This document shows positions 51,062-59,802 of a DNA stretch of 64,000 bases, in pieces (position 1 is the first letter of the stretch; each line of letters begins with the position of its first letter). The notes under the pieces are model-generated. The model did no database searches. It was not told where the DNA came from and was given only the letters and a program-made list of their open reading frames with translations. The stretch lies in assembly GCA_963714375.1 (NCBI GenBank), contig CAVQOG010000006.1:223603-287602 (forward strand), read 5' to 3'. A program made the position numbers and the translations under genes. The DNA comes from an uncultured Acidimicrobiia bacterium (GTDB taxonomy: Bacteria > Actinomycetota > Acidimicrobiia > Spongiisociales > UBA5794).

Positions 51062-51754
51062 TTGGACTGGATTGATAGTGCGGTTGAGAGCGTGGCGTTC
51101 ATCGGCGGCGTTCGAGTGGCCGTCGCAATTGGGCTTGGCCTTGTCCTTGGTTTGGAGCGACAGTTCTCGAACAAGGATGCCGGAGTCCGCACGTACGCGT
51201 TGGTGTCGGGCGGGGCAGCACTCTTCACGGTGATCTCGATCTATGGCTTCCCCGGATCCGACACGTCCCGAGTTGCGGCTCAGATCGTGACGGGAATCGG
51301 GTTCTTGGGTGCTGGATTGATCTTCCGACAGGGGTTGAATGTCCAAGGGCTCACAACCGCTGCCGGTTTGTGGTCCGTTGCGGCGATCGGGATGGCGGCT
51401 GGTACCGGGTATTGGGGACTTGCGATCGTCGTTACCGTGATCGTTCTCATCATGCTCGCTGTAACGGGCAAGCTCTCGCCGCAATTGCGATCTCAGGCCC
51501 TACGCGATGCGCACTTTTCTGTCCGGTTGACCGTGGCCGATGCAGCGACGATCCAGAACATCCGAAAATCGGTGACAGCGCTGGTGCCCTCTGCCGCCAA
51601 ACCGATGGCAGACATGGGCCATTGGGCCATAGGACAAAGCAAGGGTCTGCCGACACTGACCCTTCAGCTATCGGACGTGGAACTCCAGCAACTCGTTCCC
51701 ATCTTCGAATCCGACGATGCAGTACAGAAGATCCGCATCGAATCCATTCGTTAG
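51062..51754 (+). CDS. mgtC: MgtC/SapB family membrane protein
   Basis: …GLVLGLERQ…VRTYALVSGGAALF… MgtC N-terminal 5-TM domain plus a C-terminal ACT-like domain. TTG start with a GGAGG SD at 6 nt; the track's upstream ATG is possible but lacks an SD. Confidence 0.8.
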   Translation: MDWIDSAVESVAFIGGVRVAVAIGLGLVLGLERQFSNKDAGVRTYALVSGGAALFTVISIYGFPGSDTSRVAAQIVTGIGFLGAGLIFRQGLNVQGLTTAAGLWSVAAIGMAAGTGYWGLAIVVTVIVLIMLAVTGKLSPQLRSQALRDAHFSVRLTVADAATIQNIRKSVTALVPSAAKPMADMGHWAIGQSKGLPTLTLQLSDVELQQLVPIFESDDAVQKIRIESIR

Positions 51755-51803
51755 CTGAATTGTCCGGGGCGAATGGAGAAGTTGTTGATCCCGCGGGTGG
51801 CCT

Positions 51804-54338
51804 TCACCGGCCCCGAATCCAGTGCCACCGCGGGCCCCTGCGCGCCTGGGATGCCTCGAGAATCTGGCTCGCCTCCCAACGAGATCGTTCGGCCCTTGCA
51901 CGAGCGGAAATGACCCGACGGTGGATCTGATCGAGCGCATCTTCGGCTTCGGTTGCAGCCGATCGATCAGCAGAAGCATCAATCGACTGCAGTTGGGTTT
52001 GGGCTTCGGAGAGCTGCTTCTCAAGCTTGCGAACACGCTCGGCGTCGACCTCGTACGCTGCCTCGGCGGCGATAAGCTCCTCGCCGATCCCGCTCGACGG
52101 ATCGGTATTCAACACCATCGGCGAACCCGCGTGAAAGCCGGCAGAAACGGGAAGGAGCCTCACGAGATCCATCATGTCAGTGTCGAGTGGATCGACGATC
52201 GTTCCGCGCCTGAGATGCATCGGGGTGAGCACCAGGGTGGCGTCGATCGTTTCTGCCAACAACCCGGCACGCGTCGGTGAGGGGAGGATCGCTACATCAG
52301 CATCGATCCGGGCCTGGTACAGCATTGAGGCCAACTCATCCTTGAGCACGGAGGGGTTGCCGGAAGGAGTTGTCACGAGACGAATCCGTGCCGATCGCCA
52401 TTCCTCGTTCCGGGTGCACAGGTAGGCGGCCAAGACTGCCAATCGGCCAGAATCGCTGTCTTCCCACCACACATCGATCCGCCGATCCTTGCGAGGTGTG
52501 TCCATGAATCGCTGCCACCGAGCCTCGTCAGTTGAGAGACTCATCACGCTTACGCCGAGGCGTGCTACCTCACGAATCGCGCGCACATAGGAGGCAGCTC
52601 TCTCTGGATCATCCGACTCGGGCCAGCCGAACAAGGCCACGTTCGATCGCAGTCTGCCGACACCGAACGCCTGAACGATGACGGGCAGCGCAGCGAGCCC
52701 ATCGACCGCCAGCACAGATCGCGCATAAACGTCGAGACCCAGCTCATCGATCTCGAGCGCCAGTTCTTCTTGTTCCGCATCAGCCTCGATGCGTTTACGA
52801 ATTCCTTCCCCAGTCACGATCCGAAACGCAGCAGTCAGGCCGCTGTTTCCTTCTACCCACTTCGCAAACCGAAGCAGCCGCTCCCTGCGCGAGCGTTCTG
52901 CCGAGAACACCAGAATCTGCGGGCGCCAGTTGCGGGGGTGTTGGAGCTCCTTCTCCATTGCCCGAATGTTCTCGACCGCACGCTGGAAGTGGTGAGATTC
53001 GCTGGCATCCGCCCAGCGATTCGGAATCGCTCTGCGTGAGAGGTACTGGTAGATGCCGACCATGGCCAAGATCGCCGCCGCCCCGGCCAATGGGTTGATG
53101 AGCAACATGGTCGCTGCACACAGCAGCGCCCCGGCAAGGCTCGCCCACTTCGAGAAGAACCGGAAGCGAGGTCGGAACGATGGGCTCGCTGCCCTCGCTT
53201 CGAAGTAGGTGGCGTAGTTGATGAGACCGTATGAGATCAGGAAGAACATCGACACGACCGGGGCAATGACGTTGACACTTCCGAGGCCGATGGTCACGAA
53301 GGCGATCACGAGACTCAGCAAGGTGGCCCTGCGAGGGTTGTTGGTTTCCCCGTGACCGCGACCGAAGCTGTTGAGGAACGGGAAAACGCGATCGGTTGCG
53401 AGTGACTGGAGAATGCGGGGTCCACCGAGGAGTGAAGCCATGGCGGAGGAGAGTGTTGCTGCGATGACCCCGACGCCAACGGCTGCCCCGACGATCGCCA
53501 GTGCTCGCATCGCCTCGCCCCCGTCCCCGACCAACTCAGCGAGCGGTACACCGCCGGCCAGGAGGAGTATTGCGCCGACGTACACGGCGGTTGACACGCC
53601 GATGGCCAGGAATGTGCCAATGGGAAGGCTTCGGCTGGCGTCCTTGAGGTCGCCTGACATGCTCACCCCTTGGGTGAAGCCGGTGACGGCAGGGAAGAAC
53701 ACGGCGAAGGCTGCCCAGAAGCCAATCGCGCCGGGTGCGGGCGACCACGAGTCGGCGAATGTGTTCGCATCGAAGGAGCCGATTGCCCCAACGAAGAACG
53801 AGATCAGGGCAGCTCCGAGCAGTGCCATGATGACGAACTGCAACTTCGTGGCGACATCAGCACCAGCCCACGCAAAACCGAAGAGAAGCAGCACAGCGGC
53901 TGCCGCGACGGCCTGTGTCAGCAGTCGATTGTCCCACCCTGCCATGGCGGCGGTTGCTTCGGCGAAACCGATCGAATAGAACGCGACGGAAACCGACTGG
54001 GCAACGAACAGCACGATCCCGATCGCCCCGCCGAACTCGAGACCGAGTGTCCTTGAGATGAGGTAGTAGTCGCCACCGCCTTTAACGTCGATGTTCGTGG
54101 CGATGGCTGCGAGCGAGATCGCGGTCAGAACGGACACGGCGGTCGCGATGGCCATGATCGCAAGAGCACCCGACAAACCGGCGTTACCTACCACATACCC
54201 GGTTCGCAGGAAGAGGATGATGCCGAGGATCGTTAGGATCGACGGCGTGAAGACCCCGGCAAAGGTTCCGAGGCCGCCCCGGTGAGCCCTCTCGGCAGAT
54301 GATGTGGCGGCGGGTTCAACGGACATCGATGCCGACAT
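51804..54338 (-). CDS. APC-superfamily transporter, cation-chloride cotransporter (SLC12)-like with large C-terminal cytoplasmic domain
   Basis: 844 aa; 12-TM amino-acid-permease fold (…FYSIGFAEA…) plus a ~350-aa hydrophilic C-terminus. Confidence 0.75.
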   Translation of the reverse strand: MSASMSVEPAATSSAERAHRGGLGTFAGVFTPSILTILGIILFLRTGYVVGNAGLSGALAIMAIATAVSVLTAISLAAIATNIDVKGGGDYYLISRTLGLEFGGAIGIVLFVAQSVSVAFYSIGFAEATAAMAGWDNRLLTQAVAAAAVLLLFGFAWAGADVATKLQFVIMALLGAALISFFVGAIGSFDANTFADSWSPAPGAIGFWAAFAVFFPAVTGFTQGVSMSGDLKDASRSLPIGTFLAIGVSTAVYVGAILLLAGGVPLAELVGDGGEAMRALAIVGAAVGVGVIAATLSSAMASLLGGPRILQSLATDRVFPFLNSFGRGHGETNNPRRATLLSLVIAFVTIGLGSVNVIAPVVSMFFLISYGLINYATYFEARAASPSFRPRFRFFSKWASLAGALLCAATMLLINPLAGAAAILAMVGIYQYLSRRAIPNRWADASESHHFQRAVENIRAMEKELQHPRNWRPQILVFSAERSRRERLLRFAKWVEGNSGLTAAFRIVTGEGIRKRIEADAEQEELALEIDELGLDVYARSVLAVDGLAALPVIVQAFGVGRLRSNVALFGWPESDDPERAASYVRAIREVARLGVSVMSLSTDEARWQRFMDTPRKDRRIDVWWEDSDSGRLAVLAAYLCTRNEEWRSARIRLVTTPSGNPSVLKDELASMLYQARIDADVAILPSPTRAGLLAETIDATLVLTPMHLRRGTIVDPLDTDMMDLVRLLPVSAGFHAGSPMVLNTDPSSGIGEELIAAEAAYEVDAERVRKLEKQLSEAQTQLQSIDASADRSAATEAEDALDQIHRRVISARARAERSRWEASQILEASQARRGPRWHWIRGR

Positions 54339-54448
54339 TATCGCTGCTCAGCGTGGAACACGTTGCGATCGTGTACCACCGATCCCACACGAGTGGTCAC
54401 TCCACGCAAGACGACAGAAACCCCTGCAGCTGCCAGCGTTTCTGTGCG

Positions 54449-54893
54449 TGGGCGATAATGGAATTGAACCTAAAGCCTCGAGCCACGCGCCGCGAGGATC
54501 GGTTGTTCCACATCGCAATGAGTCGTCAGAGCACCGAAACGGACGAACCTGTCCATTGGTACGAGAATGGGTGGTTCTCAGCGGGAGAATAGATTGGTGG
54601 GCGACACTGGATTTGAACCTTGAGTCTCGACCCAATCCCACGGTCAACCGCTGTTCTCACATGGTGATGAGTCGTGAGAGTATCGAAACGGGGAAACCCG
54701 TCCCGTTGCCTGGGAATCGGTGATTCTCAAGGCGGGACATACTTGTGGGCGATACTGGATTTGAACCAGTGACCCCTGCCGTGTCGAGGCAGATGAGGGC
54801 GATGCGCTGACCTGCGGATTCGTCAGAAACCCGTATGTAGCAAGGATTTCTCTACTCACTACCTTTCGTTGTTTTGCATCATTTTTCACTGCC
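54449..54893. repeat. Three tandem ~148-bp repeat units, each starting with a tRNA-Val 3'-end-like 22-mer
   Basis: 22-mers at 54449, 54598 and 54746 (periods 149 and 148): TGGGCGATAATGGAATTGAACC / TGGGCGACACTGGATTTGAACC / TGGGCGATACTGGATTTGAACC. These are reverse complements of GGTTCAAATCCAGTRTCGCCCA. Units A and B share a further ~30-nt core (…ATGAGTCGTSAGAGYAYCGAAACGG…). Confidence 0.8.
54746..54792 (-). pseudogene. tRNA-Val(GAC)-like 3' two-thirds (anticodon arm to acceptor 3' strand), 5' third missing
   Basis: Minus-sense CTGCC-TCGACAC-GGCAG (anticodon GAC, C33) + GGGTC + ACTGG-TTCAAAT-CCAGT + ATCGCCCA. No D-arm or 5' acceptor strand upstream. Confidence 0.55.
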
Positions 54894-55540
54894 TTGTGGG
54901 GTTTTTGTGGGGTTTTTTGAGGCTCGCCAAACCGTGAATGTATCCTGGCGTGGCGTCCGCGGTCGACCCGGCCTGTGTGCTCGCCTGGCTCCGCATGGTT
55001 GCCCAATTCGTCCAAATCGACGCGAGACCGGATGAGGGCTCCAGCCTCGTGGTCAGCTTCTACAGCACATACGCATGAGCGGTTTCCTAGACCGATTTGG
55101 GGATCTTGCGTACCAAGGTAAAACGGCGGAAAGCCTTACAGGGCTTGGGTTTTCGCCTTTCATCCGTTTGCACTATTTCTCACGTTTTCACTCCTGTTGC
55201 GGCCCAGGTGCGGCCCAGGTGTGGCCCAAGATTGGCCCGGAGCTTTCGGAATCGGGGCGAACGAGGAAAACACCGTCGCACTCCGGTGGAGAACACGGCA
55301 GCAGCGCAGGACCTATCTGCACTGTTCTGTGGGGATAGGTCGAGGCGGACCGACGTCGGGCATCTGCAAGTTACAGCGGGAATCGCCTGACCGATTGGCC
55401 GACGAGGAGCCAATAGCTCAAGGTGTTCAGCCGGGGCCGCCGGTCTCTGGGAGACCGGGAGGTGATCAGAATGTCGTTTCATAGATGGCGCATTTCGGCC
55501 TTTTTGGGGCCAGTGGAAATTGACGAATCGTTTGCAAACG

Positions 55541-55954
55541 CTAGCCATCCGCCAGCCCGAGGGATGCGGCGTACACAGATTGGGTTGCAGCGAGGTGTTC
55601 GATCCGGCAGGTGTACATTGCTCTGCTCAAGCTGTCTCCATCGGGATCATCGACGGAAATCGTGAATGAGCCATCTTGCTCGAGGGTCGCCGACCAACCA
55701 GTAGGGTGCCCAGCACTCACCACGCACGTGCGGAACCGGGTGACTGCGTCCGTCACCTCTTGAAAAGTGATCTGGCCGTCCGAAAATGCGGGAAGCTGCA
55801 CCTCGGGAATCGCGACACCGATCTCACGTGCGAGGTCTAGCGCTGGCGGAGCTCCCAATTCGGGCGTCGACAATCGCCCTGCAGCGAAGCTCACGCACAG
55901 TCCAGCAGCCACGAGCACAGCGGACGCCCAAACATTGAGTCTGCTGATGGTCAT
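55541..55954 (-). CDS. Secreted hypothetical protein
   Basis: GGGGGAGG SD, then ATG, then a signal peptide MTISRLNVWASAVLVAAGLCVSFAAG. Confidence 0.6.
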   Translation of the reverse strand: MTISRLNVWASAVLVAAGLCVSFAAGRLSTPELGAPPALDLAREIGVAIPEVQLPAFSDGQITFQEVTDAVTRFRTCVVSAGHPTGWSATLEQDGSFTISVDDPDGDSLSRAMYTCRIEHLAATQSVYAASLGLADG

Positions 55955-56019
55955 TGTTCCTCCCCCTTGGATCAACGCTCGGACGGAGAATCATCGACTG
56001 CTCGGACTGTCATTGCACA

Positions 56020-56613
56020 CTACCGCCCGAAGACCATCGCCTCGGCTTCTGCCGAGCATTCCCGTACCGATCTGCGGTCTGCGACCCGGTCGATCACCTG
56101 AACGGAGTCGACCTCGATCCCTCGTGCCGTAAGACACTCCAGGACGGCGCCGTGGTAGCTATCGAGTTCGGCGATTGTCGGCATTCGCTCAACGCCATAT
56201 GCCTCAGCGAGCGGTTGAGCATATTCATCCAGGCACCGAGCCTGAGCCTCATCGGCAGCATCTGCCCCCGATGTCGTACCGTTCTCATAGATCATCTTGA
56301 TATGGCCGTCACCGGTGAACGACGCCTCGACAACGTCAACGCCCGATGCTTCCATGCACGACACTGCTCTGGCGAGGCCGTCGGCGACCTCATCTACGCT
56401 GACCGTTCCGTCCGCGAGTGCTTGATTAACCGCGGGGTGTTTGTCTCTCAGGTCCTGAAGTAGCTGCTCACGGTCGGCAGGCAACGGCCCCTGGGAGTCC
56501 GCTGATGCCGCATTAATCACCCAGAACAAGGCGAGCGTCGCCACGGTGAGTGTCGTCAACCAGTAGGCAACCAGACGGTGGCCTGTTTTGAAGGTGCTTG
56601 TCTCTTCTGTCAT
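56020..56613 (-). CDS. Membrane-anchored hypothetical protein (~197 aa)
   Basis: AAAAGGAGAT SD 8 nt before the ATG (MTEETSTFKTGHRLVAYWLTTLTVATLALFWV…). The track ORF's 123-aa low-complexity N-terminal extension is rejected. Confidence 0.6.
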   Translation of the reverse strand: MTEETSTFKTGHRLVAYWLTTLTVATLALFWVINAASADSQGPLPADREQLLQDLRDKHPAVNQALADGTVSVDEVADGLARAVSCMEASGVDVVEASFTGDGHIKMIYENGTTSGADAADEAQARCLDEYAQPLAEAYGVERMPTIAELDSYHGAVLECLTARGIEVDSVQVIDRVADRRSVRECSAEAEAMVFGR

Positions 56614-56629
56614 TGGGCAGATCTCCTTT

Positions 56630-57073
56630 TTAGTGATCGTTACGAAAGCCGTACCAAACAGAATTCTGACGGTTCCAACCGTTGTGGTCGGAGTAGTCAT
56701 ATCCGTTGTTGTGGCTACCGTTGAGGAATACGTCGTACGGAAATGTCGTGTCTGACTCGTAACGCGTCGTCCACGCCGTACCAAGCTTGTAGCGCACTTT
56801 CCCTGACACCCCCTTGCATCCGTTCTGCGCGGAGGACCTGGAGCTCTCCACTGTTTCAGCCGAATACTGAGTCGAGGTGTGGTTGCTGGCCCACTCCAAC
56901 TCGCACTCGTTTGGCCCAACGACCCTGAATCCGTAGTCATAGTGCGCCAAGGCTGCAGTGCCGAAGCCCCAGACGAGTGCAATCGCCAAGGCGAATGACA
57001 GAATTCGCCATCGTACCCTCGGCGGACACAAGAAACACGGGCCGTTCAGTGGTTGATAGTGACTGTGTGCCAT
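56630..57073 (-). CDS. Small secreted hypothetical protein (Asn/Tyr/Trp-rich C-terminus)
   Basis: Signal-peptide-like …RILSFALAIALVWGFGTAALA…; start uncertain (ATG at ~57073 or a TTG at ~57037). Confidence 0.45.
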   Translation of the reverse strand: MAHSHYQPLNGPCFLCPPRVRWRILSFALAIALVWGFGTAALAHYDYGFRVVGPNECELEWASNHTSTQYSAETVESSRSSAQNGCKGVSGKVRYKLGTAWTTRYESDTTFPYDVFLNGSHNNGYDYSDHNGWNRQNSVWYGFRNDH

Positions 57074-57492
57074 GTGTTGTTGGGCTCCTTCGACTGGTGC
57101 TTCGTATATCCGATCCACGTGTACAGCGTGTCGACTTCGACCCCCAGAGGCATCAGGCTGTCGTAGTCCGATTCAGTTACCAGCGTGTTGTCGTAGTCCC
57201 GCATCCTCACCAAAACCTGCGAGGCCTTGCACAAGCCGAGAGAGCTGGAGGCAGGGTTGTCGTTCATCCCTGCCTCCACATGCCCCGCCACGGGCTCGCT
57301 CCAATAGGTCCCGTAGCAGTATCCGCTGTTGTAGTCGCCCGACACTGAGTGGGCACCAGCGGTTGGAACCGAAGTGAGGAGGAGGACGAAAACGATTGCA
57401 GATGCCACTATGGACACCCCGGTCGGCATTCGGCCCACCGACGTCGCCCATCCGGCCGACCAGACCAAGCCACGCTTTCGAACACCAATCAT
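57046..57492 (-). CDS. Small secreted hypothetical protein
   Basis: AGGAGG SD 7 nt before the ATG; signal peptide …GVSIVASAIVFVLLLTSVPTAGAHS. Confidence 0.6.
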   Translation of the reverse strand: MIGVRKRGLVWSAGWATSVGRMPTGVSIVASAIVFVLLLTSVPTAGAHSVSGDYNSGYCYGTYWSEPVAGHVEAGMNDNPASSSLGLCKASQVLVRMRDYDNTLVTESDYDSLMPLGVEVDTLYTWIGYTKHQSKEPNNTWHTVTINH

Positions 57493-57740
57493 CTCATTCC
57501 TCCTGGATTGGTCGGCAAAACGAGCCTCGATTCTCGAATGTCGCCGGCTCGATACATATACAGACTTGTTTGTTGGCCAGCCCATTCCGGTTCTCGAATT
57601 CTCCGAGTCTGCCATTCATTCTCGCCGATCGAAGATCGACGAGGCGCCTACCACCCCTGCCCGCTCGTCTATTGCGCCACCATCGTTGCGAGGCATTCCG
57701 CCGACTGACCGAGAACGCCGAAGATTCCGGAATCCTGGTG

Positions 57741-58379
57741 ATGGTGAACGGGGTCGTCGGCAGCAACACGCGCAGGAAACTCGACCCGATGGAGTTCAGA
57801 GGTTTCGCACTCGTTGACCCCCTAGCGCCGGTGCTCTTCGTGAATGGTGCGGACACAAGGGCTGCACAAATATTCACCCTGGCCCATGAACTCGCACACA
57901 TCTGGCTCGGCCAGACAGGGCTGGATGACATCGATCCGACAGAAAGAAACGCAGACTCAGTCGAACGATGGTGCAACGACGTTGCTGCCGAATTCCTGGT
58001 TCCCAAAGCAGACATACGTGCCGAGTATTCACCAGAAGAGCCCTTAACGGGGGAACTTGATGGTCTTGCGAGGGTGTTCAAGGTGAGCACGCTGGTAATC
58101 GTTCGGCGCCTGCACGAGACCGGCTTCTTGACTTGGAGTGAATACCGGACGGCATATGAAGCTGAGCTAGCTCGTGTTCTGGAACTGCTCAACGACTCCA
58201 CCGGCAGCGGTGGGAACTTCTACAACACTCAGCCCATCCGCGTGAGCAAGCTCTTCGCCCGCTCAGTCATAGCCAGCACACTCGAAGGGCAAACGCTTCA
58301 CCGTGACGCGTTTCGGATGCTCGGATTCAAAAAGCTGTCGACCTTCCACGAGTTGAGCCACCGCCTCGGAGTGACCTGA
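57741..58379 (+). CDS. ImmA/IrrE family metallo-endopeptidase (COG2856), no fused HTH
   Basis: …AQIFTLAHELAHIWLGQTG… HEXXH zincin motif and the COG2856 fold. The track ORF's upstream 115 aa are antisense to the neighbouring gene and are rejected. Confidence 0.75.
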   Translation: MVNGVVGSNTRRKLDPMEFRGFALVDPLAPVLFVNGADTRAAQIFTLAHELAHIWLGQTGLDDIDPTERNADSVERWCNDVAAEFLVPKADIRAEYSPEEPLTGELDGLARVFKVSTLVIVRRLHETGFLTWSEYRTAYEAELARVLELLNDSTGSGGNFYNTQPIRVSKLFARSVIASTLEGQTLHRDAFRMLGFKKLSTFHELSHRLGVT

Positions 58380-58864
58380 TGACGTATCTTCTCGATGCCA
58401 ACGTCTTCATCCAGGCCAAGAATCTTCACTACGGCTTCGACTTCTGTCCAGCGTTCTGGGACTGGATCGACGGTCAAACTGCCGCAGGCTCGGTGCACAG
58501 CATCGAACGCATCGCCGACGAGCTGCTTGGTGGAGCCGACGAACTCGCTGATTGGGCAAGAGACCGTTCGTCGTTGTTCCTCAGACCCGATGCCGCGATT
58601 GTCCCAAGCCTCGGCGTTGTTAGCGAGTGGGCGAACACCGCAAAATACGAACCAGCTGCAATCGCGACGTTCCTTCAGGTGGCAGATTTCTACCTGGTAG
58701 CCCACGCCCTCGCCCACGACTACGTCCTGGTGACTCACGAGATCGCATCGGCATCGACCAAGAAGATCAAGATCCCAGACGCGTGTATCGAGCTCGGCAT
58801 CAAGGCCATGACTCCTTACGAGATGCTCAGAGTCGAGAAAGCAAGATTCGTGCTGGGTTCCTGA
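58379..58864 (+). CDS. DUF4411 family (PIN-like) protein
   Basis: MTYLLDANVFIQAKN… PIN-like N-terminus, 161 aa. Its start overlaps the ImmA stop (TGATG). Confidence 0.7.
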   Translation: MTYLLDANVFIQAKNLHYGFDFCPAFWDWIDGQTAAGSVHSIERIADELLGGADELADWARDRSSLFLRPDAAIVPSLGVVSEWANTAKYEPAAIATFLQVADFYLVAHALAHDYVLVTHEIASASTKKIKIPDACIELGIKAMTPYEMLRVEKARFVLGS

Positions 58865-58945
58865 GGGGGCCAGCCATATCGACGGAATCGGCCATCCAAC
58901 CGGCTGGCCGGACTATCGGAACCTCGTGACCTCAACTCGCGTGCT

Positions 58946-59518
58946 TCACCTGACGGGGTCGAGGTGCAGCTGTTCGCATGGTTGTATCGCCGATGATGAA
59001 ACAGTCCCATCGGCATTGGGTTCCTTTTCCCACGACCACCATTTCCAATTCAGCTGTTGCTCGACCCATGCCGATACATCAGGGTCGTTTTCCATGACGC
59101 AGCCCACCACGTCATCCAGCGCCTGTTCGTACTGTGCCTGTGAGACTCGCGACTTGTCGTATGGCCAATCGAGCTCCTCCTCGGACAGGGAAGCCTGGAC
59201 ATCTATCCGATCGCCTGTGGCGTCGTTGACGACGGGGCGGGTGCCGAGGGCATCTTCCATCTGGTGGATATAGAGATCTTGGCAATCGGTGCCTGCGAGT
59301 TCCACGGGCTGCCGTGCGGAGTCGTCGATCACGACCGTTACCGCGTCGGGCGATTCGTTGACCGAAACTCCCAGTTCTGCGTTGCAGGAACTGAGAATGA
59401 TTTCGAGGCGCGTCTGATCCAGCGACACCGTCACGCTCGCAATCGATACCGGCTGCGAACAACCTGCAGCAACCAATGTGGCGAAAAAAAGGGCGACAGC
59501 TTTGACTCCTTTTGGCAT
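58946..59518 (-). CDS. Lipoprotein (hypothetical)
   Basis: GGAGG SD; MPKGVKAVALFFATLVAAGCSQP lipobox. Confidence 0.65.
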   Translation of the reverse strand: MPKGVKAVALFFATLVAAGCSQPVSIASVTVSLDQTRLEIILSSCNAELGVSVNESPDAVTVVIDDSARQPVELAGTDCQDLYIHQMEDALGTRPVVNDATGDRIDVQASLSEEELDWPYDKSRVSQAQYEQALDDVVGCVMENDPDVSAWVEQQLNWKWWSWEKEPNADGTVSSSAIQPCEQLHLDPVR

Positions 59519-59802
59519 GGTCGTGGCACCTCCTCGGGTGTTCAAATCATGGGCACGTTCCCCGTAGGTACGGCGACCGTCGTGGTACAGAGTTGTTTGT
59601 TCGACGTCTGATTCCAGTTCTCGACTTCTCGGGGTCGCCGGATCGCCGGGTTGGTCCGGGATCGGGTTGGTGGTGATGCAGCGGCGGCTGAACGCCCGAC
59701 CTCTACTCGTCTTTGTGGCTTGGAGCGGCAACACTGATGCTTCCTGCAAATATCACTGCTGGACCGATTGTTGCCGCTGGCCCATCGTGACGACTTGCCG
59801 GG

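Noticed and set aside
54500-54720. Hammerhead-ribozyme-like strings (…TGATGAGTCG…CGAAAC…) in repeat units A and B
   Set aside because: C3 is not conserved (GTGATGA/CAATGAG). Helix II cannot pair between GUCG and the nucleotides preceding GAAAC, and G12-A13-A14 is not correctly placed. I judge the resemblance coincidental.
54516-54723. Similar short peptides encoded in units A and B (MSRQSTETDEPV… / MSRESIETGKPV…)
   Set aside because: There is no SD. Of six codon differences four are non-synonymous, with no wobble-position bias. The similarity is explained by nucleotide-level repeat homology.
54795-54830. GGGCGATGCGCTGACC on the plus strand resembling a tRNA 5' acceptor/D-arm
   Set aside because: It is on the wrong strand relative to the tRNA-like 3' portion and lacks D-loop conservation, so it is probably a fourth degenerate copy of the acceptor-stem motif.
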